Virus record (IMG/VR): IMGVR_UViG_3300042868_004707
Coordinates: 32,001 to 96,000 of that record
DNA from: a virus
Reading direction: 5' to 3' (one strand)
DNA: 64,000 bases
Every line of letters begins with the position of its first letter. Position 1 is the stretch's first letter. The notes beneath the pieces were generated by a model. It worked only from the letters and a program-made list of their open reading frames with translations. It ran no database searches and was not told the origin of the DNA. This document shows positions 1-11,531 of the stretch, in pieces. Both the position numbers and the translations under genes were made by a program.

Positions 1-3000
1 TATAGGAGATTCATTAAACTTACCACCTGCATTGTAGATATTATGTGGAGTTTCAACTCCCACCTTTCTACCAGATACAACAATACCATAACCAATTCCT
101 TGGTCAAACATCTTAAGATACATTTTCTCAAGACTTTTTCCTTCTACCATATGATAGTAAAGAGGCATTTGAGATGTTTTATCTAATACAAGATCAATCT
201 CTGTTTTGTTAGCTTTGTTTCCTGATACAATAGGTTTTCTTACAGCCAGTTTGTATTTAGGTATGTCTTTCTTTATAAGATCAGCATCTCTTTTATTTAA
301 AGCACTCTTTTCATATGCTTCTTTTAATTCTTTTGTTTTGAATAGATCTTTCTTTAAAAAAGCTTGTCTTGTATAAGCCATTTGCCATTGATGAAAAGCT
401 TCAGCTTCAACACTCCATTGTCCTTCTTTAAGAGCAATTTCTTTATGTGTATTATCCATTAACCAAGACATTGCATCTGTTTCATCAACTTTAGCATATG
501 CAGTATTTATATTAGCAAGACTACCAACTACATCTACATTACTAAACGTTGCTGTGTTTGTATGTGATTTATATTCATGATTACCAGGAACTCCTTTTTC
601 TAAAGCTATTCCATCTACAGAGTTATATGTTCTTTTTAAGAAGTTATTAAACTCTGGATGATTAAATGTTCTTCTTCTTGGAGATAAGAAAGATTTAATA
701 CGTTTAGTTTCATCTAGTTTTCCTTTCTCAGTTTTAAATTGATATGGATCTCCAAATATAAACTTGTGGTATTCAATGTTATTTATCTCATAGTTCAAGT
801 TTAGGAAGTTTATAATATTCATCACTTGATCTTTAGAAAGATCTCCTGTTAATCTATATTTGCTTATAAACTCTGAATCAAGTCCCATAAACATATATTC
901 ATTCTCTCCAACTTGAATTATTTTTCTATTATTCAAAAGAATATTAAATGTATCTTCTGATATAGATTCAAATGTAGATTTTATAGATGCATTAATTGCT
1001 TCTTTGTTTTTAGAAACTTCTTTTTGAATATCTGTAAATGTTTTTGTATTATCTTCAATCATCTTCTCAATCTTCTCAACAATTGTTGAAGGTAGAAGAT
1101 CTTTCATAAATCTCAACTCTTGAGATTTATCTCTTACATATTTATTTTGTTTTCTATCTTCTAAAGCAAGATTGATTTCATCTTCTAGATATCCATTGTA
1201 AATACTGTAAACTTTATCCCAGTGATTTCCTTCAAGAATATCATCCATAGAAATAACATTCCCTAGATTCATCATCCATTCTGTTGAACTATCTCCAGGA
1301 ATAAGAACATAATATTTACCATTGATGTTCTGATTCATTTCTTGTATAAAACGATCTCCTAATTCTAATCTTGCTGTTGTTTTATTCTTTCCTGTAAAAA
1401 GATTTTTACTTCCTTGAATATATTCAACTTTTATTTCAGCAATTCTATTTCCATCTTTATCAAAAAACAATCCACCTTTCTTAAGAATCTGACTTCCTCT
1501 AGAGAATACATCTTTTAACTCAGGTCTTTTCTCAAGAAGTTCATCTAATGTTTTAGACTCATTAAAATCATTCTCAAAATAAGAAGGAGCATCATTTTCT
1601 GCAAAAGAACTAATACGTTGTCCTTCTACACCAAAATATGTAGAGTCTTGATTAGGATTGTTTACTTTTACATACAGTTCAGCTAATGTTCTAAGAGGAC
1701 CATTAATGTCTAATTTCTCAGCATTAAATGTCATCAATTCATTGTTCTTACCTAAATAAGTATGTATTTTATCTACAGCATCTGTAAATTCTTTAAGTTC
1801 AGAAGATTTCTTTCCTTTTATAATTTGTTCTTTATTACTTAAAGCTTCATATGTTCCAATAGGAAATTCCACTCCTATCTTAGCAAGGAAGTTTATTTGT
1901 TCTAATGGTTTCTTAACAGGAATGTCAGCAAGTGCAGCAGTGTTAATTCTATAAACTTTACTTTGTCTAGCATAGCTAATTATTCCTCCAGGACCTTTAC
2001 CAATCACCTTCATATTATCAACCCATCCATCAACTGTTTGATTAATGATTGTAAATATGTTAGCTGGTGCAGAATACACTTTTAAATCATCAGAAGTATA
2101 TTGTATTACAGCTTCAGGTTTTTGTCTAGAGAATGTGTTAAAGAATTGTATAAACAATCTCCAATCTGATTCTTTAAATTCTTGATTACTAAAATCAATT
2201 GTATGTGTTTCAAGATTTCCTCCTAATGCTCTGAACAAAGGAAGATAGTTAGAATCTTCTTTAGCAAGTTGAACTAACTTCTCTATGAATACATCAACAT
2301 CATTTGTATTATGTAATCTATCCATTAATGTTACAAACACTCTATTAAAGTTCAAAAGCTTAAATCCTACATCAGATAACTTTTCTTCAGCAGGTTGTAA
2401 CTTTTTACCAACTTCAATATTAGTTTGATTTAATGCATTTCTTTCTGTAAGTGTAGACAATAAAAACTTAAGAGCACCTGTAGAATATTTCTTCCAATCT
2501 GTAGAGAAAGGATCTTGTGCATATTCTTTTCCTGTTCTTTCTTCATCATTGATAGAAACAACCTCATCTGCATTTATAGTAACACCAATTGTTTTTAAAT
2601 ATTCTGTAGCACGTTTAACTAATTGATTATATCTATTTTCTCCAAGAGCATCTATTTCTCCAAGTTCTTCATATTCATCTCTTAAAATGTTTAGTACATC
2701 AGCACCTGACATCTTTTCTGGATTGAATAAAAGATCTTTTCTTCCTTCTTGGAATATAATCATTTTCATCTGAGCAACCATATCCTGAACATAATCATTT
2801 GTTTGTTGCTCTGTTAATCCTTCAACAGCTCTATACTCAGGAGCATAAGATTTAACTCTCTCAGATATTTTAGCTTCTTTATATTTACCAGAATCAATTG
2901 CTTTGAATAATGATTCTTTTAGTGATGGTTTAGTACCAAATGTTTTAAAGAAGTTCATTATTCTATTGAATAACTCTTTGATTTTTGATAAAAGAGATTT

Positions 3001-6000
3001 AGCTTTAATTTTACCAAGTCTAAAATCAGCAAAGTCATCAGCAATTCTTTCCTTAATCATTCTATTTGTTACAGTAGGATCTGAATAATCATACTTCTTA
3101 CCAGATTGTCTATCTGTAAACTGTCCTTGTTGATTTCTGAATTCATTTAATATAGCTTCTCTTTCACTCTCGCTTAAGAATGAAGCCCATATTCCTTCAA
3201 ATATCTCATGATATTCTGTACCTTTTAATCCACCACGAACAAACTTAGCAACACCTTCTTCAAATACACCCCAAGCTTCTTCATTCTCATTCACTTGAAT
3301 CATTCTATCCAAAATTTGAAATGGAATACCAGAAGCATTTTTAGCATGCCAAGCTTTAAACTCTTCAAGTTCTGCATTAGTCATTCTATCAGAAACATCT
3401 GCTCCAACCATTCTGAATTCACTAGGACCATTTTTACCTCTTTTTCTTTTAGATGGGTCGTATGGAGCTTCAGCAGGTTTGCTTCCTTCTAAAGCAGCTA
3501 ACTCAGCATTATAATTAGCTTCAAGCTCTTCTGATACTTGTATCCAACCTCCTTTATATTCTTTACCTTTATAGAAACCAGTTTCATATACTTCTTTAGA
3601 AGCTGCTCTTATCTCTTCCTCTTTTCTTTTTTCTATATCAGCTTTCTTAGCTTCTATATCAGAAACTTCTTCTACAGTTGTAGTAGGAGCTTTTTCTAAA
3701 GCAGCTAACTCATCTAATAAAGCTTTTGGATTTTCTGAATAGTCAGCCTCAAAAGGAATTTCTTTTTCATCACTAAAGCCACTAGTAGGTCTTTGTTTAT
3801 AATCTACAACTAATGAATCAGTAGTTCCATCAGGATATACTATTTCAAAAACTTCACTACCTCTACCATACTGATCTCTTTGAGATTTTACAAATGTCAC
3901 CTTAGTACCATCTTCAGTAAACTTAACTGTTCCTGGAGTTACTGTACTAGAGAAACCTAAAGATCTTCCTTCTATACTTTTAAGTTTTTCTTTGATTTCA
4001 GTTTTTCTATCTTTCTGAACAGGAGAAGCTTCTGCAACTACAGGAGCTGGTTTAGAACCTTCTGCTTCTAATGTTTTACCTAGTTCACTTTCAATTCTTA
4101 ACTTAACAAACAGTTTAGCTTTTTCTTCGTTTGTAGATTCATCTAAATCTATTGTTACAATGTTTTCTGGAAGAGCACGTAAGTTACCATCAACAGCTGC
4201 AATCAATTGTGGCTCTGTGGAAAGTTTAGTAATTGTTTCATTATTTTTAACATCTACAACAATTCTATTATCAGGTGTGATTGTTCCTGTAAATAATACA
4301 GGACCTGTGTTAAATTCACCAAAAGTGTTCACCTTTTCTGAATTCAATTCATATTTACCAATAACAATTCCTCCTGACACTGTTGGTTGAGCAGGAGCTG
4401 GTTTTGGTTTAGCTGGAATTTTATCATAAGGAAGAACATTCCCATCTGTAATATATGAATACTTCTGTTTATAAGAAGCTTGTGTTTGTGTTGGAGCAGC
4501 TGTATGTGTTATTAATGGAGTTTCTTCTGTTGATCTTTTAGAACCATCAGGATTTTTTCCAGATAATAAATATGATTGATAGTTAGGCCATTGAACTTTT
4601 GTTATGTTTCCATCTTTATCAGCTCTATATTCTGTAAATGTTTTAGACGTACCTAATTTAAGAGTGGTGTTATTCGCTGTAATAAATGCATTTTGTAATA
4701 CATCCATTATCTCTTGTTTACTTTCAGAAACTTTAGACAATGGAAATGCTTTACCACCAACATTAAATGTCATGTTAATAGTATCTATTCCTATTTGACT
4801 AGGTGTCTTAGTATCTCCTTTAGATTTCCAGTAAAGAACATTCTGTAAGAAGTTAGAATACGCATAGTTAATCTTAACAGGTTTACCTGTATTAGATTGC
4901 ACAATCATCTCTTTAGATATAGCTTCAACTAAACTGAATATAGTGTTTGCTTGAGAGTTTGTTAAATTTTTATTATTCAAATAATCTAAAAGATCTCCAT
5001 ATTGAATTAATGTTGTTCCTGCAGGAAAAGATAATAACTCTCCTTTATGTTGAATCTTTCCTGTTGTAACAATTTGAATAAGTCCTTCTGTGTTAGCAAT
5101 AATGTCTTCAGCATTATCACCAAGAATAACTCCTACATTATTATTTTCTCTTACACCATTAATTTTATTCTGTCTAGGAATTCCTCTAGAGATGTCAAAT
5201 GAATATGGGGTGTATCCTTTTTGTTTGAATACATCAGCTCTGAATATTTTATATGCTTCAAGAGCTCTTTCAGCTTCTTCTTCTTGACCAGCTCTCACTT
5301 TTACATACCCACCTTCTGTAATAGGTTTAGCAGAAGTCATTGTTTCAAAGATCACCTCATCAAGTATTGTAGGATTTTCATCTCCAACCTTTGATAACTT
5401 TTCTCCTTTTTCATTAACAAAGAAATCTCCTTCAGGTGTTTGTAATATAAACACCTGTGCCATAAATCCTAATTCAACATTAGTTTGATCTGCTGTTAAA
5501 GGCTCTGTAATATTCTTTTCATAAGAAAGCTGTACAATTCCTTCTAAGCCAAGATCTTTAGCATTGTTAGGAGTGACAATAATCACTTTATACTTGTCTC
5601 TGTTGTTAAAGAATTTTAGATTGTTTAAAAACTTTCTTGCTCTAACAATATGTGGAAGTTTATTTTTAACCTCTCCAGCTGTATCTTCAGAAGGAGTAGA
5701 AGTTGATAAGTATAAAATACTAGCATCTTTTCTTTGCTCTTCAGATCCTACAATATCTCCTTCTTTAGGATTGATTGTAACCACTGTAGCAGAACCTTGT
5801 TCCAACTTCTCTTGTTGTTTATCAAGAGTTTCTTTATCCTTTGCTAATTTCTCTTCTTCTGTTTGTAACTTCTCATATCCTTTAAGTGCAGAAACATTAA
5901 TGTTTTGAATGTTACCAGCTAAGTCTTCCACCTTCACTGTACCATCTTCATTTAATCTAATAACCTTCACTGTAGTTAATTCTGAGAAATCTACATTAAG

Positions 6001-8769
6001 ATCATCAGCAGCTTGTTTAGCTTCTTCTCTACTATCATAGTATTTAACTTCTCCATTAGGAGATGTCACTTTAAATTGATCACCAGTTTTTCTAACCTTA
6101 GCAGGAGAAAAACCAGGAACTTGATATTCTCTACCAACTTCTGCTGTTTCTTTCTTACCAAGTTTATTTAAGAATCCAAACTTCTCATCTTGTGGAAACA
6201 ATGATGCTTGTCCTTCTTCTTCTTTTTGTTTTTGTTTTTCTTCTTCTTGTTTGAAATATTTATCAAATCCTTCTTCTGTAGAAAGATCTTCAAACTTTGT
6301 AGCTGCTGCTTCTTTTCTAGCTTCTAATTTATTTAAGTCTTCAGCATATTCTCTAAGTCCTGATGTTTCATCAATTCTTAAATTACCAAATGATATTCCT
6401 GGAGAAAATTCTTGACCGTTAAGTTCAAAATTGATCAACTCATTGAATAGTTTAGGATCAATGTTTTTAGAATTTAAAGCAATGCTTATTTTCTCAGATA
6501 AAGTTCTAAGTTTCTTAATCTCTTCACGTTTAGCTTTTCTTTCTGTAGGAGATAGATTAGCAAGAGATTCACTTAATTGATTTGCTTTTTGCTCATAAGA
6601 GTTACTTAATTCTTTTAATCCTTTATCACTTGTTGTTAATGTTAAAAGATCATTTGTAAGAAGAGGATTTACTTGTGATATAGATGTTTGTATATCTGCA
6701 ATTCTTTGATTAGTATCTTGTTGAAGATATGATAAATGTGAAAGATCTGTTTTCCAGTTCTCAAACATACCATACTTTAATGCTTCATTTTTCTCATCAT
6801 CTGTCTTAGGATCTATTATTCTTTTGTAAGGATTATTGAACGTAAAATTAATAGATGTTGATATATCATTAATGTTATTAGCTTTTTGTATTAATGCATC
6901 AACATATCCAGTAACAGTAGATTGGTTTGAACTATTAAAGTCCATACCAAATGTTTTCTCAAATTCTTCTTTAGGAAGATCTTTTAACATTTCTAATTGT
7001 TCAATTGTAACATCATGCATTCCAATTGGAATTCTTGAGTTTACAAATCCAAAGAACATGTCAGCTTTTAAATTTTTATACTTAAAAATGTTTCCAGCAT
7101 TAACAGCTTCATTCATCTGTTTTGCAATCTCTACACTTCTAGATGTATCTTCATACTTATTAGAAAGTACACCTGTCATTCCATATTGGTTCAATATGTT
7201 AAGTGTACTATTAAGTCTTTGATTATCTGATTTTGATTTACCTGTAACTCTATCTACAATAGGTCCAGTGATAGCAGCTGTAATACCACCAATCACCATA
7301 CTTTCTATTCCTTCAGAAGAACCAAATTGTTCAACCATTCCTTTAGTAGTAGAAGTCATTGCTTCTTTTACAAAGTCCCAGCTTTCTTTTCCTTGTGCTT
7401 TATATTTTCTTGTGTAATAATCTTCTACACCAACTTGTGCAGCAAATTGTCCACCTTCTTCATACACCCCTTCTGTAAATACATTGATTGCTTTTGGTTT
7501 TACAAACTCCCAAGCTTTACCAGAAAATGTTTGTGGAAGTTTTTTCTCAAATGTATCAAGAGTTCCTTCTTTAAGACCTACTTTTCCTGCAGAACCAAAA
7601 TCACTTAATGAAGAAGATGTAACTCCTTTTTGTGCTCCTGTAAATGATTTAAAAATATTATCAAACTGTACAGCATTAGATACAGTTAAAAGAGCCATGT
7701 TAATACCAAATCTAGTATTCATAGCATCTGTAGCATAATCTTCTATTTGTTGAATTGCTTCTGGTGTAGGTTCTTCACCAAAATTATCTAATTTATATTG
7801 TTCTGTAAGCTCTTCTTTTATTGTTCTATATGATTCTCTTGACTCAATAGCTGCTTCAGTTCTTGCAGATCCATATACAGACATTCCATATCTAAATCCA
7901 CTATTGATTTTTGTAGCAGCAGCAAGTTGACCAAGTCTTTCAATATTTAATAAAGTTTGTTCAGATTTACCAGCAGCTCTTGCAAGATCTAACACTCTAT
8001 CAACTTTGTTAGTACCTGCAAATAATTTATTTAAATATAAAGAAGCTTTACCTAATTGTATACCAACTAATGGAATAGCACCAACTCCTTCTGTAGCAGC
8101 ACCAATAATAGCATCTTGAGCAACAGCACCAGCAATTGCTCCCACCATAAATCCTGAGTTCTTTAATACTTTATCTCCCCAGAAGTTTGCTGATCCATAT
8201 GTAAAAGGAATAGCTGTAGCAAGTCCTCTTGATTTTTCATAATTTGTTACATAATTTGGAAAGTAGTCTTCTACATTTCTCATCCATGTATCAATAGAAG
8301 ATTCATATCCATCAGGATTTGAAAGATCTGATAAACTTCCATTTTTAAGTGCACTTGCTGTATTAGGAATTGTAGCAAATGATTGTCCAAATGTTCCTAA
8401 TGCAAATGCTCCCATTTTAACAAGACCGTTTCCTAATTGTGAAAGTCCTGATTGTTGTAAACCATATACGTTCTCAAGATTAATCCCTCTTTCATATAAT
8501 GGGTAACGCTGGTTTGCTAAAAGTTCACTTCTAGAAACCATAGAAAATGGAGAATTAGGAGTCATTGGTCCATTTATACTCTTGAAACTTCTTGCTTCTT
8601 CTGCAGTTATTCCTCCATAACTATCGTTGAATTGACCAGGTATTCCTAAATTTTGATGAATATTAATTTGGTCAAATGCAGTTAATGAAGATCCTAAAGG
8701 TTTATCTACAGAAGATTCATAATTTCTATCAGAAGTATTGCTTAAAAGTTCGTTATCGAAAATTGGCAT
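1..8769 (-). CDS. Giant virion-associated RNA polymerase-like polyprotein (3' end runs off the window; at least 2923 aa)
   Basis: Missing from the ORF track because no stop falls in the window. ATG at 8769 (MPIFDNELLS). Frame spot-checked open at 1-60, 463-486 (DETDAMSW), 3031-3054 and 3196-3210. Size and position after cargo genes match crAss-like virion RNAP; the catalytic DxDxD was not seen and may lie beyond the window. Confidence 0.75.
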   Translation of the reverse strand, partial: MPIFDNELLSNTSDRNYESSVDKPLGSSLTAFDQINIHQNLGIPGQFNDSYGGITAEEARSFKSINGPMTPNSPFSMVSRSELLANQRYPLYERGINLENVYGLQQSGLSQLGNGLVKMGAFALGTFGQSFATIPNTASALKNGSLSDLSNPDGYESSIDTWMRNVEDYFPNYVTNYEKSRGLATAIPFTYGSANFWGDKVLKNSGFMVGAIAGAVAQDAIIGAATEGVGAIPLVGIQLGKASLYLNKLFAGTNKVDRVLDLARAAGKSEQTLLNIERLGQLAAATKINSGFRYGMSVYGSARTEAAIESRESYRTIKEELTEQYKLDNFGEEPTPEAIQQIEDYATDAMNTRFGINMALLTVSNAVQFDNIFKSFTGAQKGVTSSSLSDFGSAGKVGLKEGTLDTFEKKLPQTFSGKAWEFVKPKAINVFTEGVYEEGGQFAAQVGVEDYYTRKYKAQGKESWDFVKEAMTSTTKGMVEQFGSSEGIESMVIGGITAAITGPIVDRVTGKSKSDNQRLNSTLNILNQYGMTGVLSNKYEDTSRSVEIAKQMNEAVNAGNIFKYKNLKADMFFGFVNSRIPIGMHDVTIEQLEMLKDLPKEEFEKTFGMDFNSSNQSTVTGYVDALIQKANNINDISTSINFTFNNPYKRIIDPKTDDEKNEALKYGMFENWKTDLSHLSYLQQDTNQRIADIQTSISQVNPLLTNDLLTLTTSDKGLKELSNSYEQKANQLSESLANLSPTERKAKREEIKKLRTLSEKISIALNSKNIDPKLFNELINFELNGQEFSPGISFGNLRIDETSGLREYAEDLNKLEARKEAAATKFEDLSTEEGFDKYFKQEEEKQKQKEEEGQASLFPQDEKFGFLNKLGKKETAEVGREYQVPGFSPAKVRKTGDQFKVTSPNGEVKYYDSREEAKQAADDLNVDFSELTTVKVIRLNEDGTVKVEDLAGNIQNINVSALKGYEKLQTEEEKLAKDKETLDKQQEKLEQGSATVVTINPKEGDIVGSEEQRKDASILYLSTSTPSEDTAGEVKNKLPHIVRARKFLNNLKFFNNRDKYKVIIVTPNNAKDLGLEGIVQLSYEKNITEPLTADQTNVELGFMAQVFILQTPEGDFFVNEKGEKLSKVGDENPTILDEVIFETMTSAKPITEGGYVKVRAGQEEEAERALEAYKIFRADVFKQKGYTPYSFDISRGIPRQNKINGVRENNNVGVILGDNAEDIIANTEGLIQIVTTGKIQHKGELLSFPAGTTLIQYGDLLDYLNNKNLTNSQANTIFSLVEAISKEMIVQSNTGKPVKINYAYSNFLQNVLYWKSKGDTKTPSQIGIDTINMTFNVGGKAFPLSKVSESKQEIMDVLQNAFITANNTTLKLGTSKTFTEYRADKDGNITKVQWPNYQSYLLSGKNPDGSKRSTEETPLITHTAAPTQTQASYKQKYSYITDGNVLPYDKIPAKPKPAPAQPTVSGGIVIGKYELNSEKVNTFGEFNTGPVLFTGTITPDNRIVVDVKNNETITKLSTEPQLIAAVDGNLRALPENIVTIDLDESTNEEKAKLFVKLRIESELGKTLEAEGSKPAPVVAEASPVQKDRKTEIKEKLKSIEGRSLGFSSTVTPGTVKFTEDGTKVTFVKSQRDQYGRGSEVFEIVYPDGTTDSLVVDYKQRPTSGFSDEKEIPFEADYSENPKALLDELAALEKAPTTTVEEVSDIEAKKADIEKRKEEEIRAASKEVYETGFYKGKEYKGGWIQVSEELEANYNAELAALEGSKPAEAPYDPSKRKRGKNGPSEFRMVGADVSDRMTNAELEEFKAWHAKNASGIPFQILDRMIQVNENEEAWGVFEEGVAKFVRGGLKGTEYHEIFEGIWASFLSESEREAILNEFRNQQGQFTDRQSGKKYDYSDPTVTNRMIKERIADDFADFRLGKIKAKSLLSKIKELFNRIMNFFKTFGTKPSLKESLFKAIDSGKYKEAKISERVKSYAPEYRAVEGLTEQQTNDYVQDMVAQMKMIIFQEGRKDLLFNPEKMSGADVLNILRDEYEELGEIDALGENRYNQLVKRATEYLKTIGVTINADEVVSINDEERTGKEYAQDPFSTDWKKYSTGALKFLLSTLTERNALNQTNIEVGKKLQPAEEKLSDVGFKLLNFNRVFVTLMDRLHNTNDVDVFIEKLVQLAKEDSNYLPLFRALGGNLETHTIDFSNQEFKESDWRLFIQFFNTFSRQKPEAVIQYTSDDLKVYSAPANIFTIINQTVDGWVDNMKVIGKGPGGIISYARQSKVYRINTAALADIPVKKPLEQINFLAKIGVEFPIGTYEALSNKEQIIKGKKSSELKEFTDAVDKIHTYLGKNNELMTFNAEKLDINGPLRTLAELYVKVNNPNQDSTYFGVEGQRISSFAENDAPSYFENDFNESKTLDELLEKRPELKDVFSRGSQILKKGGLFFDKDGNRIAEIKVEYIQGSKNLFTGKNKTTARLELGDRFIQEMNQNINGKYYVLIPGDSSTEWMMNLGNVISMDDILEGNHWDKVYSIYNGYLEDEINLALEDRKQNKYVRDKSQELRFMKDLLPSTIVEKIEKMIEDNTKTFTDIQKEVSKNKEAINASIKSTFESISEDTFNILLNNRKIIQVGENEYMFMGLDSEFISKYRLTGDLSKDQVMNIINFLNLNYEINNIEYHKFIFGDPYQFKTEKGKLDETKRIKSFLSPRRRTFNHPEFNNFLKRTYNSVDGIALEKGVPGNHEYKSHTNTATFSNVDVVGSLANINTAYAKVDETDAMSWLMDNTHKEIALKEGQWSVEAEAFHQWQMAYTRQAFLKKDLFKTKELKEAYEKSALNKRDADLIKKDIPKYKLAVRKPIVSGNKANKTEIDLVLDKTSQMPLYYHMVEGKSLEKMYLKMFDQGIGYGIVVSGRKVGVETPHNIYNAGGKFNESPI

Positions 8770-8775
8770 ATTATA

Positions 8776-11418
8776 TTATTTAAATAATGTATCTATTGTT
8801 TTTGGTCCTATATTATATAATAATTCTTGTAATCCCATTTCATTTAAATATCCTCCTTGATTTAGAATTTCATCTTTCCATTCTTTACCATCATTATAAT
8901 ATAGTCTAATTTGAAATTTATCATTTTCATCTCCTATATTATTAGGACTTCCTTCAACATCCACTCTAACGTTAGGAGCAATTCTTGTATTATTTATTCC
9001 AGGAAGCAATGGACTATATCCAGATATACCAGCTGTAGATGCATTTATTATATCTTCTTGATTTGTTGTTTTCTTTGCAGAACTATTAACAGAATATTTA
9101 ATATCTGTAATTGGATTTATGTAAGAATATTCAGGTAACCAGTTTTGCATTTCTACAGGAGTTAATGGAATTTTTTGAGAAACTCCATCTGCACCTGTAA
9201 TAAAAAGAGTTCCTGATCCATCTTTTCTTTTTTGAAGATTATAATTTGCTTTACCATCTTTTCTAATTCCAGCAACTGTAGTAGGATTAAAATCATTAGG
9301 ATTATCAGAATCTAAACTTCCATACTCGTTATAATCTTTTAGTTTCATAGCTATAATCTGATCTATTGTTGACATATCAGCTTTGTTCTGTTTACTAAAC
9401 TGAATTCCCATAGCTTGTAATTGAGGATCGAGATCAGCAATCACTTTTGATTGAGCATTATATTTATCTATTGTTGCTTTTTTAACTTCACCTGAAACAG
9501 TATTTGCTAAGTTTGAAAGTTTAGTAAATATTGCTTTTTGAGAATCGCTAGATGGTCCATTATTATAAGTGTTATATAATGTCAATGCTAATGGATATTG
9601 TTTTGTACCTTTATATTGATCTAAAATAGATTTATTAATTTTAGTTACTTTCTTACCACTAGTTCCTTCTCTACCCATTGCAAATGAATCAGATTGTTCA
9701 TAAGAATGTTTATTCATTGCAGAAATGTAAAAATCATAAAGTTCATTTGATGTATAATTATCATTTCCAATCTTTAAACCTTTTTCACGATTGATTACAT
9801 TACCTATTTCTTTCTCAAAAGGTTGTCCTGCTTGAATAGCAGCACTTGCCACTTTACTTTTTTGATTAAGTGTATATTCTAAATTATCTATGTTTTCAAT
9901 TAATTCTCTTTGTTTGTTATCTGTTATAGAATAAGGATTATTTCTATATTTTATATATACATCATTAGCAGCTTTTAATTTTGCTGCTTTGGCTTGTTCA
10001 GGACTCATACCTTTTGTATTAACTATTGCTCCTCCTAATTCCAACTTTGAATAAGTTAAATCATTATCAATAGAAGTAATTTCAGCATTTAAATCTTCTA
10101 AAGAAGGTTTATTAACTCCTGTAGATATTTTTTCTGCTTTTACAATTGGTTGTAATTTTTTATCAGCTTCTCTTTCTTTTTTTGCTTTTTCTTCTTCTCT
10201 AGCATCTTGTTTTATATCAAGAACATGTTTAGCATTCCATTCTATTTGTCTTCTAAGTTCTTTTTGGATATCAAATTCAAATTCTTTTTTCTGCATCATT
10301 GCTTGAAAACCTGGATTGGTTTTATACTCTGTAGAATAACTTTCATTAGAAAGATCTTTAGCAAGATTAGTTAAATATTTTTGTGTATAGATTTTATATT
10401 TATAAGAAGATGCTTCAGCTTCTGTATCAACACCAGCCATATCTTCGTTCATTTGCTTATCAAGTCCTCCTTCATAAACTAATTCTTTAGCTTTATTTAT
10501 TTGATTTTGAAAAGCAATTTTTTGTTCTGGAGTGTAACTTCCTGTTGCTAATTTTACAGAAGCATCAACAATAGCATCAGAATAAAGTTTTTTCTTTTCA
10601 TTATATGATTTAATAATATCATTTTGAAATGTAATAGGAGTGGCATCTTTGTAATGATATTGAGCTGTAATATTTAATTGTCTTTTATCTCCTTCATCAA
10701 GACTATCATAAAAGTTATTTAATATTCTTTCAGCCCCTATGCCTTTAACTTTTGTAGTTAACATTGTCATATCATACTGAGGTTTACCTCCTTTAGATGC
10801 ATCTAAAGATTGTGTACCATCAGAATTAAAGTATATTGTTTTTCCAGAATTATCTCTTATATAAGGATTATCTATTGAAGAATCAACTTCTTTTAATTTA
10901 GAAGCAAGATCTCTAAGTTTCTTATCTACATCTTTGTATTCAATATATTGACCACTAAAAGATTCTCCAGGTTTTGTAGAACTTAAATAACCATTAACTT
11001 GATTATTAAACCACCACTCGTTTTCTGGAGAAGACTTACCATCTTGTATAGCTTTTTCTTTTCTCTGTTGTTCTTTTTTTAATTTAGCAGTAGAATTTAC
11101 TGCTGTTTGAATATTAGGATCATAAGCAATTTGTTTAGTCATTCCTGCTACAGAGTTTACAAGTTGATAGTTTGAAAAATCTCCAGCTGCTACAGTGGTT
11201 AAATTATTACCTAACTGATTAAGCTTTGATTGTAAATAAGCTCTATCTACATCACTTGCAACTTCTAATCCAGCTATAGCATCTATGTTAGCTTGTATTT
11301 TTTGGTAACCCTCGTCATAGCGTTTTTGTTTTTCCATGCCAACAGCAACCATAGCTTCTACAGGAAGTTGTTGTACGTAAGGATTAAACTGAGGGATATT
11401 ATCGGTAAATGAAGCCAT
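8776..11418 (-). CDS. Putative internal virion/ejection (cargo) protein, 880 aa
   Basis: Long helical ORF between a cargo gene and the giant RNAP-like gene; N-terminus PQFNPYVQQLPVEAM resembles crAss-like cargo proteins. Confidence 0.6.
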   Translation of the reverse strand: MASFTDNIPQFNPYVQQLPVEAMVAVGMEKQKRYDEGYQKIQANIDAIAGLEVASDVDRAYLQSKLNQLGNNLTTVAAGDFSNYQLVNSVAGMTKQIAYDPNIQTAVNSTAKLKKEQQRKEKAIQDGKSSPENEWWFNNQVNGYLSSTKPGESFSGQYIEYKDVDKKLRDLASKLKEVDSSIDNPYIRDNSGKTIYFNSDGTQSLDASKGGKPQYDMTMLTTKVKGIGAERILNNFYDSLDEGDKRQLNITAQYHYKDATPITFQNDIIKSYNEKKKLYSDAIVDASVKLATGSYTPEQKIAFQNQINKAKELVYEGGLDKQMNEDMAGVDTEAEASSYKYKIYTQKYLTNLAKDLSNESYSTEYKTNPGFQAMMQKKEFEFDIQKELRRQIEWNAKHVLDIKQDAREEEKAKKEREADKKLQPIVKAEKISTGVNKPSLEDLNAEITSIDNDLTYSKLELGGAIVNTKGMSPEQAKAAKLKAANDVYIKYRNNPYSITDNKQRELIENIDNLEYTLNQKSKVASAAIQAGQPFEKEIGNVINREKGLKIGNDNYTSNELYDFYISAMNKHSYEQSDSFAMGREGTSGKKVTKINKSILDQYKGTKQYPLALTLYNTYNNGPSSDSQKAIFTKLSNLANTVSGEVKKATIDKYNAQSKVIADLDPQLQAMGIQFSKQNKADMSTIDQIIAMKLKDYNEYGSLDSDNPNDFNPTTVAGIRKDGKANYNLQKRKDGSGTLFITGADGVSQKIPLTPVEMQNWLPEYSYINPITDIKYSVNSSAKKTTNQEDIINASTAGISGYSPLLPGINNTRIAPNVRVDVEGSPNNIGDENDKFQIRLYYNDGKEWKDEILNQGGYLNEMGLQELLYNIGPKTIDTLFK

Positions 11419-11458
11419 GTCTTATTTTTATTTTAACGTAACGTATTACGTATGTTAG

Positions 11459-11489
11459 CAAATTTATTGTTAATTAATTTATTACACAA
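11459..11489 (-). promoter_or_regulatory. Bacteroidota-type sigma70 promoter
   Basis: TTG-N20-TAAATTTG on the minus strand about 40 nt upstream of the 880-aa ORF. Confidence 0.65.
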
Positions 11490-11531
11490 CAGTTGAATAA
11501 CATTTTTAAGTAATTTTTATAATCAAATTAA

